Assembly: GCA_030018265.1 (NCBI GenBank)
Contig: JASEFX010000001.1
Location: 53,532 to 117,531 of the forward strand
Direction of reading: 5' to 3'
DNA from: Candidatus Saccharicenans sp.
Lineage (GTDB): Bacteria; Acidobacteriota; Aminicenantia; Aminicenantales; Saccharicenantaceae
Length of the DNA: 64,000 nt
Shown: piece by piece, positions 56,739-64,000 of the stretch
Layout of the letters: the number at the start of each line of letters is the position of its first letter
Position numbering within the stretch: the stretch's first letter is position 1
Notes under the pieces: model-generated
What the model was told of the DNA's origin: nothing
What the model saw: the letters and a program-made list of their open reading frames with translations, nothing else
Databases searched by the model: none
Program-made: the position numbers and the translations under genes

Positions 56739-58177
56739 TTTTCTTCAGGTTTCACTATCACCCATACCGGTTTTACTCCGGAAAAATATTTCCTGGCGGT
56801 TTTTCGCAGGTCTGAAGAGCTCAGCCTGTCAATAGCCTTCAGAAAATCAACCTGAAAATTCCGGTCGTGCAGAAGGAGATGCCTGGCGAGTGAGCCGGCC
56901 AGTGTCAGCGGACTTTCCATCATTCTTTCGGACAGCCATTGAAAGCGGTTTTTTCCTCCCTGCAGATAGTCGAAGACCAGAAACTGCTGGGATGGCAGGT
57001 AATCTTTGCTGGAATAATTAATTTCCGCCAGCTTCGGCAGAAAATTGACCAGAGCCCGTCTTACAGCCGGAACTCTGTCCTCTGCGGTGGTTAAAGAAAT
57101 CAGGGCCAGCCCGGCGCCTTCATGGGCTAAATAATGGAAACGGGCTGAGGTGATCAGGTCCGGCTGGACGGCAAATGCCTGGAAGAGGAGAGGATTCAGG
57201 CCCTGACCCAGGATTTCGCTCAGCATATCCATGGCCACACGGTCAGCGCTGGAATATTCAGGAGCCGGGAACCCGACCATCACATAAGTCTCAGAAATCT
57301 TCATCCTCAGATGGACCTCGGGGCCATGGGTGGCGAATTTTGCCTGGACCGGGCGTTCAGGTTGCCTTTCAGCTGGCGGCGTCAGCTCGGAAAAAATCCT
57401 CTTTATTTTTTCGGCCGTTTCTTCTGGCTTAAAATTGCCGGTGACGACCAGAGCCGCCCTGTCAGTCCGGAAAAGCTTCCGGTGAAAATCCTGAAGCGAT
57501 TTGAGTTCTGCTTTTCTTACTACCGTCTCGTTTCCATAAACAGGAAGCCCATAACCGGAATCAGGGAAAGCCAGCTCATAGACTTTAGCCAGTCCGACTT
57601 TTTCCGGCCGGCGGGCGACGTCGGCCAGTTCTTTCAAAAGAACCTCTTTTTCCTTCTCGAGCTGTTCCTGCGTAAGATTAAGGTTGAAAACAACTTCCTT
57701 AAGCAATTCCAGCCCTTTTTCCAGAAACTCTCCGGGCAGCGAAATTTCAAACAACATTAAGTCCTGTTCGGTAAAAGCGTTGTAATGGATTCCATATTCA
57801 GCCAGCAGGTGAAAAAGCCTGTTCTCCTGAAGGAGGTGCGTCTGCCGGAAAAGAAGGCAGTGTTCGAGCAGGTGAAGAAGACCGCTGGTTTCTGGGGTTT
57901 CGTAGACCACACCGGCTTTCACCGCCAGGACAGTTGCGGACAGAGGAAAGCGGGGCTGAGGGAGAAGATAAACCCTCAGTCCGTTTTCCAGACTGAATTC
58001 TAGTGCAGTGGTTCCATTCGAAAGTGCGGCGTGAGCTGCAGGTGAAAATCCTGACAGAAAAAACACAGATAAAAGCAGGATAAGAAATTCAGCCCGGAAA
58101 ATTATTTTAATCAACCTTAAAGGAAAAATCTCTGGCCCTCCTTCATAAATATAGCTCAGCTTCCGCTGGGGGTGCAA
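56735..58177 (-). CDS. M16-family zinc peptidase with the inverted HxxEH motif
   Basis: HLLEHCLF motif and LENGLRVYLL block, with a signal peptide. Confidence 0.55.
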   Translation of the reverse strand: MHPQRKLSYIYEGGPEIFPLRLIKIIFRAEFLILLLSVFFLSGFSPAAHAALSNGTTALEFSLENGLRVYLLPQPRFPLSATVLAVKAGVVYETPETSGLLHLLEHCLLFRQTHLLQENRLFHLLAEYGIHYNAFTEQDLMLFEISLPGEFLEKGLELLKEVVFNLNLTQEQLEKEKEVLLKELADVARRPEKVGLAKVYELAFPDSGYGLPVYGNETVVRKAELKSLQDFHRKLFRTDRAALVVTGNFKPEETAEKIKRIFSELTPPAERQPERPVQAKFATHGPEVHLRMKISETYVMVGFPAPEYSSADRVAMDMLSEILGQGLNPLLFQAFAVQPDLITSARFHYLAHEGAGLALISLTTAEDRVPAVRRALVNFLPKLAEINYSSKDYLPSQQFLVFDYLQGGKNRFQWLSERMMESPLTLAGSLARHLLLHDRNFQVDFLKAIDRLSSSDLRKTARKYFSGVKPVWVIVKPEEK

Positions 58178-58232
58178 CTTTTTTTCAAAATTACTTTTTT
58201 TGAGGTTATGAATGATATGTTAAAATTACAGC

Positions 58233-59687
58233 ATGAGCGCGCGAGAAAGAAAAAATCGCATTCTAATCGTCGATGACGAAGAAAACATTCGCAAAAGCCT
58301 GAAGATGATCCTTGAGTACGAGGGCTATGCCGTGCTGGAAGCCGCCGACGGGTTGACGGCCAGAGAAGTTCTGGAGGATCATCCGGAAATCGACCTCGTA
58401 CTGCTCGACTTAAAACTGCCTGATTTTGACGGACTTTCGCTTCTTCAAGAATTCCGACAGAAGCCTTATCCGCCGGAGATAATTATGATTTCCGGTCACG
58501 GGACGATTTCCATGGCGGTAGAAGCCACCAAGCTCGGGGCATTCGATTTTATCGAGAAACCTCTCTCCAGGGAAAGAGTTCTTTTGAGCCTGCGCCACGC
58601 GCTCGAAGCCAGGAAACTTAAGACAACCGTCCAGGACATCAAAAGAAAAACCGAACGCAAATACCGGATAATAGGTGAGCATCCGGCAATGCAGGCGCTG
58701 TGGCAGGAAATAAAAAAAGTCGCTCCCACCAGCGCCACCGTGCTGATTCAGGGTGAGAGCGGAACCGGCAAGGAACTGGTTGCCCGGGCGATTCACGAAA
58801 ACAGTCCCAGGGCGGAAGAAAGTTTCGTCCAGGTCAACTGCGCTGCTATACCTGAGGAGCTTATAGAAAGCGAACTTTTCGGGCATGAAAAAGGCGCATT
58901 CACCGGCGCTACCGAAAGGCGTCCGGGAAAATTCGAGCTGGCTGACGGCGGCACTATTTTTCTTGACGAAATAGGCGATATGAGTCTCAGGACTCAGTCG
59001 AAGGTGCTAAGAGTTCTGGAGCAGGGAGAAGTTCAGCGGGTGGGCTCAAGCCGGATAATCAGAGTGGACGTCAGGGTGATTGCCGCCACCAACAAAGACT
59101 TAAAAAAGGAAATTAAAGAGGGCCGCTTCCGCGAGGACCTCTATTACCGCCTGAACGTCGTCCCGCTTTATGTGCCGCCGCTCCGGGAAAGAAAAGAGGA
59201 TATACCGCTGCTGGTGGATTATTTCTGCGCGGTATTTTCCGAGGAAAACAATTTCCGGCGAAAAAAATTTTCTCCGGAAGCCCTGGAAGTAATGATGAAG
59301 TATCCCTGGAAAGGGAATGTGCGCGAACTCAGAAATCTGGTGGAGAGGCTGCTTATTCTGACTGATAAGGAGGTAATCGGACCGGAAGACCTGCCGGAAT
59401 ACATGTTGCAGGAAAAAGAGCATATTCTTCCCGATTTGCGGAAAATAAAGACGCTTAAAGATTTTCAGGAAGAAACCGAGAAAAGCTTCATCCTTTATAA
59501 GCTCAGAATGAACAACTGGAATGTTTCCAGAACTGCCCGGGAACTCGACACACCCAGGAGCAATCTCTACAAAAAACTCGAGAAATATGGTATAAAATTA
59601 AAGGCTGGAGCAGGCGAGGCGGTCGCTCCTTCTTCGGAAGAAGAAGGGGAGGAAAGTCCGAACTCCACAGGGCAGGATGGTCGCTAA
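58233..59687 (+). CDS. Sigma-54-dependent response regulator (NtrC family: receiver, AAA+ and HTH domains)
   Basis: Receiver-domain Asp pocket (ILIVDDE...LLDLKLPD). Walker [15 protein letters not shown] motif. A C-terminal HTH, followed by an acidic tail of about 30 aa. The last 85 nt of the ORF overlap rnpB. Confidence 0.75.
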   Translation: MSARERKNRILIVDDEENIRKSLKMILEYEGYAVLEAADGLTAREVLEDHPEIDLVLLDLKLPDFDGLSLLQEFRQKPYPPEIIMISGHGTISMAVEATKLGAFDFIEKPLSRERVLLSLRHALEARKLKTTVQDIKRKTERKYRIIGEHPAMQALWQEIKKVAPTSATVLIQGESGTGKELVARAIHENSPRAEESFVQVNCAAIPEELIESELFGHEKGAFTGATERRPGKFELADGGTIFLDEIGDMSLRTQSKVLRVLEQGEVQRVGSSRIIRVDVRVIAATNKDLKKEIKEGRFREDLYYRLNVVPLYVPPLRERKEDIPLLVDYFCAVFSEENNFRRKKFSPEALEVMMKYPWKGNVRELRNLVERLLILTDKEVIGPEDLPEYMLQEKEHILPDLRKIKTLKDFQEETEKSFILYKLRMNNWNVSRTARELDTPRSNLYKKLEKYGIKLKAGAGEAVAPSSEEEGEESPNSTGQDGR

Positions 59688-59970
59688 CAGCGACTCCGGG
59701 CAACCGGAGGAAAGTGCCACAGAAAACATACCGCCAGCCGCCAGAAGTGGCTGGTAAGGGTGAAAAGGTGAGGTAAGAGCTCACCGCTCCGCTGGTGACA
59801 GCGGAGGCAGGGCAAACCCCATCCGGAGCAAGACCAAATAGCCCCGTTTGAGGATGGCCCGTCCGATGGGGCAGGTAGGTCGCAAAACCGGCCGAGCAAT
59901 CGGTCGGTCAGACAAATGACCGCCGCTGCCTCTGGCAGTAACAGAATTCGGCTTATGTCCTGCTCCAGCC
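59603..59970 (+). ncRNA. rnpB: RNase P RNA, bacterial type A
   Basis: Universally conserved blocks GGAAAGTCCG.ACTCCACAGGGCA, ..GGTAAGGGTGAAAAGGTGAGGTAAGAGCTCACC.., CATCCGGAGCAAGACCAAATAG and ACAGAATTCGGCTTATG. The proposed P1 pairing is GGCTGGAGCAGG (5') with CCTGCTCCAGCC (3'). Boundaries are within about 10 nt. Confidence 0.8.
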
Positions 59971-60015
59971 ATTCTTTTGACAAAAATCAAATTTCTGTTA
60001 TAATCTTAATAAGAT

Positions 60016-60092
<77 letters not shown>

Positions 60093-60177
60093 TTTTTTAT
60101 CAAGGCAATATCTTCGGTATTTATAAATCCTTCCTGATTTTTAATCTTTCAATTCAGCCTGAATTGATTCATTTTCG

Positions 60178-60206
60178 TTTCCTTTGCATTAACTCTCAGA
60201 ATTTGC
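60178..60206 (+). promoter_or_regulatory. Putative sigma-70 promoter for pepP
   Basis: TTGCAT-N17-TATAAA, about 35 nt upstream of the AGGAGG RBS. Confidence 0.3.
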
Positions 60207-60242
60207 TATAAACTTCATAACATATCAGGAAAGGAGGAATTT

Positions 60243-61628
60243 ATGTTCGAAGCTGGAGTATATAAACTCAGAAGAAAAAAACTTAAAGCACTGGTGAAGA
60301 GCGGTCTTTGCCTTTTTCCGGGAAACGTTAACAGCCCGATGAACTATCCGGCTAACTGTTATCCCTTCAGGCAGGACAGCACCTTTCTTTACTTTTTCGG
60401 CATGGATTCTCCCGGGCTTTCCGCCATTGTAGATATTGACGAAGGCCAGGATATCATTTTCGGCGACGACGTCAGCCTGGAAGACATTATCTGGGTCGGC
60501 CCTCAGCCGCGCCTCAAAGACAGGGCGGAGGCCGCGGGAGTAAAGAAGGTGATGCCCTCTTCAGAGCTGGCTCTTTATCTGGAAAAAGCTATCAGCCAGG
60601 GGCGCAATATACATTTCCTCCCGCCATACAGAGGAGAAACGAAACTTCAGCTCTCCTCCTGGTTGAAAACCCCGCCGGAAAAGTTAAAAGAATCCGCCTC
60701 GGTGGAATTGATCCGGGCGGTGGTGGCACTGAGGTCGAAAAAAACAGCAGAAGAAGTTAGAGAGATAGAAAATGCTCTTAAAGTTACGCGCGAGATGTAC
60801 CTGGCGGCGATACCTCAGGCGAAACCGGGGGTCAGGGAACAGGAAGTCCTGGCTTACATGGAGATGGTTTTAAGGGCGAACGGTCTTTCTTTTTCTTTTC
60901 CGCCTATAGTCACGATAAACGGTCAGATTTTTCATAAAACTTCTTACGGAGACACCCTGAAAAAAGGAAGGATGCTGGTCATCGACAGCGGCGCCGAATC
61001 CGAGCTCCACTACGCCTGTGATATCACCAGAACCGTCCCGGTCGGCGGTCGTTTTAACGGCCGGCAGAAAGACATCTATTCGATCGTTCTCAAAGGGCAG
61101 GAGGAAGCCATTAAATCGATCCGCCCGGGTCGGCTCTATCGGGAGGTCCATCTGAAGGCAGCCAGGGTGATGGCTGAAGGTCTGAAAGACCTGGGACTGA
61201 TGAAGGGAGATCTGGAGGAGGCGGTCAACCAGGGGGCTCATGCTCTGTTTTTCCCGCACGGACTTGGCCACATGCTGGGACTCGACGTGCACGACATGGA
61301 AAATCTCGGCGAGAATTATGTTGGTTATGATGAAACCGTCAAAAGAAGCGAACAGTTTGGCCTCGGCTATTTAAGGCTGGCCAGAACGCTCGAACCCGGC
61401 TTCGTCCTGACGGTTGAACCGGGAATATATTTCATACCTCAACTCGTGGCCACCTGGAAAAAAGAAAGAAAGTTTCTCGATTTCATAAATTACGACAGGG
61501 TGGAAAAATATTTAGATTTCGGTGGTGTAAGAATAGAAGACGACGTGCTGGTGACGGATGACGGCTGCCGGGTGCTCGGTCCGAGAATCCCGAAAAAAAT
61601 AGCCGAGATAGAAAAACTTTTTTCCTGA
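60243..61628 (+). CDS. pepP: Xaa-Pro aminopeptidase (M24B)
   Basis: M24 'pita-bread' signature HGLGHMLGLDVHD and metal-ligand spacing (D..D..H..E..E). Confidence 0.65.
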   Translation: MFEAGVYKLRRKKLKALVKSGLCLFPGNVNSPMNYPANCYPFRQDSTFLYFFGMDSPGLSAIVDIDEGQDIIFGDDVSLEDIIWVGPQPRLKDRAEAAGVKKVMPSSELALYLEKAISQGRNIHFLPPYRGETKLQLSSWLKTPPEKLKESASVELIRAVVALRSKKTAEEVREIENALKVTREMYLAAIPQAKPGVREQEVLAYMEMVLRANGLSFSFPPIVTINGQIFHKTSYGDTLKKGRMLVIDSGAESELHYACDITRTVPVGGRFNGRQKDIYSIVLKGQEEAIKSIRPGRLYREVHLKAARVMAEGLKDLGLMKGDLEEAVNQGAHALFFPHGLGHMLGLDVHDMENLGENYVGYDETVKRSEQFGLGYLRLARTLEPGFVLTVEPGIYFIPQLVATWKKERKFLDFINYDRVEKYLDFGGVRIEDDVLVTDDGCRVLGPRIPKKIAEIEKLFS

Positions 61629-61676
61629 AAGTTCAGGGACAACGACAGTATCTGAATTGAAGCTGGCGCGAAAAGA

Positions 61677-62264
61677 ATGAAAAAGTGGTATGTGCTGCAG
61701 ACCAGACCTCGCAAAGAATTTCAGGTTGAAACTCTGCTGGAACAGGCGGGCTTTACCGTTTACAACCCGAAGTATCTGGATGACGGCAGGATTAAGCCCT
61801 TTTTCCCCGGCTATCTATTTTTCAAATTCCGATATCCGGAGGATTATCGAACAGTCATCTACACTCGCGGCGTGAAGAGAATCGTGGGCAACAGCCAGGG
61901 GCCGATTCCTCTCAGCCAGGAAATGATTTCCTGCCTTCGCTCGAGGGAAAAAAACGGTTTTATTGAGTTGATGAAATACGGTGAAGAACCGGAGCCTGGA
62001 GACGAAGTGATGGTGATGGAAGGTCCGCTGAAGGGTTTGAAGGGTTTATTCCTGAAAAGCCTGAGCGATAAGGAAAGGGTGATGATCCTTCTTAATTACG
62101 TTTCTTATCAGGGGTCGCTGATGATAGATAAAAATAAAATAAAAAAAATATGCCGGGGAAGTTCTTCTTCCGGAGAAAAAAGCAGATTTAATAAGCGCCT
62201 CCCGGGGCCGGAGAAAAAGGGGAAAATCAAATGCTATTCAGGCAGGGGAAAAGAGCGGTCTTAA
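61677..62264 (+). CDS. NusG-family transcription antitermination paralogue (RfaH/UpxY/LoaP-like) with a basic C-terminal tail
   Basis: NGN domain starts WYVLQTRPRKEFQV. KOW motif GDEVMVMEGPLKGLKGLF. A Lys/Arg/Ser/Gly-rich tail of about 40 aa after the KOW domain. Confidence 0.6.
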   Translation: MKKWYVLQTRPRKEFQVETLLEQAGFTVYNPKYLDDGRIKPFFPGYLFFKFRYPEDYRTVIYTRGVKRIVGNSQGPIPLSQEMISCLRSREKNGFIELMKYGEEPEPGDEVMVMEGPLKGLKGLFLKSLSDKERVMILLNYVSYQGSLMIDKNKIKKICRGSSSSGEKSRFNKRLPGPEKKGKIKCYSGRGKERS

Positions 62265-62347
62265 CTGTTTACGGGTTGAAACAGTAATATGAAAAGCTGA
62301 GTGGAAATAAAGAGTTTGAAAAGTAATTGAAGATCTGAAGGAGAACT

Positions 62348-63913
62348 TCAGCCGGGATTTCCGTAGCCTCCGCCGCCGGGAGTTTCAATCCTGAGGATCT
62401 CTCCGGCTCTCAGCTTCAGGTTTGTTTTCGAACCGAGAATTTTTTTCTTTCCTTTCCTTATGAGGAGATTTCGTCCGGCCTTTCCGGGCTGCCCTCCAAG
62501 CAATCCATAAGGACGGCGCTTCCTCCGGTCAGAGATGATCGTCAGGTTCACCGGAACCAGAAATTGATATTCTCTTATCAACCCGTCTCCGCCGGGATTT
62601 TTTCCCCGTCCCCCGGATTTCTTTCGCAGCGCATACTGTCTGATTTTAACCGGAAGGTAATTCTCCAGCGCTTCAACCGGAGTGTTGAGCGAATTGGTCA
62701 TATGGGAATGGACTCCGCTCAGCCCGGGCAGAGTGGCTGAGGCGCCCATTCCGCCTCCGATCGTTTCGTAATAGGCGAAATTCATCCTGTTTTCCGGGTG
62801 ATAGCCGCCAAAGGCCACGTTGTTCATCGTTCCCTGACTGGCTGCCGGTATTTGCCCGGGTATGGCTCTGGCCAGAGCTCCGAGAAGGACGTCCACGATT
62901 CTCTGGGATGTTTCCACATTTCCTCCAGCCAGCGCTGCCGGGAAACGAGCGTTAACCACCGAACCTTCGGGGGCTATAATTTTTACCGGCTTCATCAGAC
63001 CGCTGTTGAAAGGAATGTCTTCCTCGATCAGCGAGCGGAAGACATAAAGTACGGCTGAATAAGTGACGGCAAAATTGGCGTTGACCGACCCGGCGACCTG
63101 TTCTGAAGATCCGGTGAAGTCGACCATGACTTCCTCGCCTTTTATCGTCAGAGTCACTTTAATCCTGATCGGCCTGGAAGTGATGCCGTCATCATCCAGG
63201 TAATCCTCATATTCATACACACCATCAGGAATTGTCTTTATCGTGGTCCTGAGTATTTTTTCCGTGTACCCCTGTATTTCGCGGGCATAGAGAGTCATCT
63301 TCTTCAGACCGTAACGATTGATCATTTCGCTGAGCCTTCGGGCGCCGCGGGAATTGGCCGCCACCTGAGCCAGCAGGTCTCCGCGTCTTTCTTCGGGCGT
63401 TCTGACGTTGGCCATAAAAAGATTAAGAACTTCATCGTTGAGACGACCGCGCCGGTAAAGCTTCAGTGGTGGGATGATCACTCCTTCCTGGAAAATTTCA
63501 GTGGCCAGCGGCATCGAACCTGGCGTTATTCCGCCGACATCAGAATGATGCGCCCTGTTCGCCACGAAAAAACAAAGATTTTTGCCCGCAAAATAAGGTT
63601 GAATGCAGGTGATGTCAGGCAGGTGAGTGCCTCCCCGGTAGGGGTCGTTCAGGATGATCACATCTCCCGGTTCAAACTCAATCGCCTGAATGGCCGCCTG
63701 AACCGAAAGCGGCATGGCCCCAAGATGAACCGGGATGTGCGAGCCCTGAGCGAAAGTTTCCCCATCCCGTGTAAAAAGTGCGCAGGAAAAATCTCTTCTT
63801 TCTTTAATGTTGGGAGAAAGAGCCGTGCGCTGGAGGACGGCGGCCATTTCTTCGGTGATCGAGGTAAACATATTCTTGAAAAGTTCGAGCTCTATAGGGT
63901 CAAATTTCCTCAT
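62348..63913 (-). CDS. hyuB: Hydantoinase B/oxoprolinase-family protein
   Basis: N-terminal block DPIELELFKNMFTSITEEMAAVLQRTALSPNIKERRDFSCALF typical of HyuB/OplaH/acetone carboxylase alpha. Confidence 0.7.
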   Translation of the reverse strand: MRKFDPIELELFKNMFTSITEEMAAVLQRTALSPNIKERRDFSCALFTRDGETFAQGSHIPVHLGAMPLSVQAAIQAIEFEPGDVIILNDPYRGGTHLPDITCIQPYFAGKNLCFFVANRAHHSDVGGITPGSMPLATEIFQEGVIIPPLKLYRRGRLNDEVLNLFMANVRTPEERRGDLLAQVAANSRGARRLSEMINRYGLKKMTLYAREIQGYTEKILRTTIKTIPDGVYEYEDYLDDDGITSRPIRIKVTLTIKGEEVMVDFTGSSEQVAGSVNANFAVTYSAVLYVFRSLIEEDIPFNSGLMKPVKIIAPEGSVVNARFPAALAGGNVETSQRIVDVLLGALARAIPGQIPAASQGTMNNVAFGGYHPENRMNFAYYETIGGGMGASATLPGLSGVHSHMTNSLNTPVEALENYLPVKIRQYALRKKSGGRGKNPGGDGLIREYQFLVPVNLTIISDRRKRRPYGLLGGQPGKAGRNLLIRKGKKKILGSKTNLKLRAGEILRIETPGGGGYGNPG

Positions 63914-64000
63914 GGTCGACCTGCTCTCTCAATGATTAAATTCAGGTAAGAATCAGTCCGGGCTTCATAACCAGGCGGTATTAAAGTGGTGGATTCAGCG
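63910..64000 (-). CDS. hyuA: Hydantoinase A/oxoprolinase-family protein, C-terminal fragment; the start lies beyond the window
   Basis: An open frame on the minus strand ends ...AESTTLIPPGYEARTDSYLNLIIERAGRP* and overlaps the hyuB ATG (ATGA). A ..STTV.PPG..-type C-terminus is typical of HyuA. Confidence 0.4.
   Translation of the reverse strand, partial: AESTTLIPPGYEARTDSYLNLIIERAGRP

Noticed and set aside
59503-59990. Three overlapping minus-strand ORFs (93, 99 and 69 aa)
   Set aside because: They fall within or antisense to the RNase P RNA gene, whose conserved blocks are unmistakable. These are not protein-coding.

Overview
This 64-kb window looks like an ordinary chromosomal segment (about 55% GC) from an uncultured, probably Gram-negative, polysaccharide-degrading bacterium. 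I found no integrase, transposase, CRISPR array or obvious defence genes. All calls below come from reading the six-frame ORF track and the raw sequence against remembered family motifs; no database search was run. I call about 55 protein-coding genes, three tRNAs (two tRNA-Ser, one initiator tRNA-Met) and an RNase P RNA.

The gene content falls into a few groups:
- Carbohydrate degradation: GH20, a GH88/GH105-type unsaturated uronyl hydrolase, GH127, a BNR/sortilin-like protein, and a fusion of a xylose-isomerase-like TIM barrel with DUF1080.
- Peptidases: a C69 dipeptidase, an M14-like hydrolase, an M16 pair and an M24 aminopeptidase.
- Housekeeping genes: hflKC, thrC, tadA, hom, rocD, dnaX-ybaB-recR, PFOR/nifJ, a sigma-54 response regulator and hyuAB.

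The items I would look at first are:
1. An Omp85/D15 outer-membrane barrel that carries an N-terminal HExxH domain and PD40 beta-propeller repeats instead of POTRA domains.
2. An operon of an MFS transporter, a Gfo/Idh/MocA oxidoreductase and a TIM-barrel/DUF1080 fusion, which fits an oxidative (3-keto) glycoside-cleavage route.
3. A translationally coupled rhodanese, a 46-aa CxxC membrane micropeptide and a NapH-like polyferredoxin.
4. A sarcosine-oxidase-like alpha/beta flavo-iron-sulfur oxidase lying divergent to a FemAB/GNAT-like gene.
5. A single in-frame TGA, next to a T8 tract, separating a signal-peptide-like ORF from the GH127 body.
6. A Trp-rich repeat lipoprotein with a long coiled-coil tail.
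7. An rnpB gene whose 5' end overlaps the 3' end of the sigma-54 regulator CDS, followed 46 nt later by tRNA-fMet.
8. An orphan NusG paralogue with a basic C-terminal tail.
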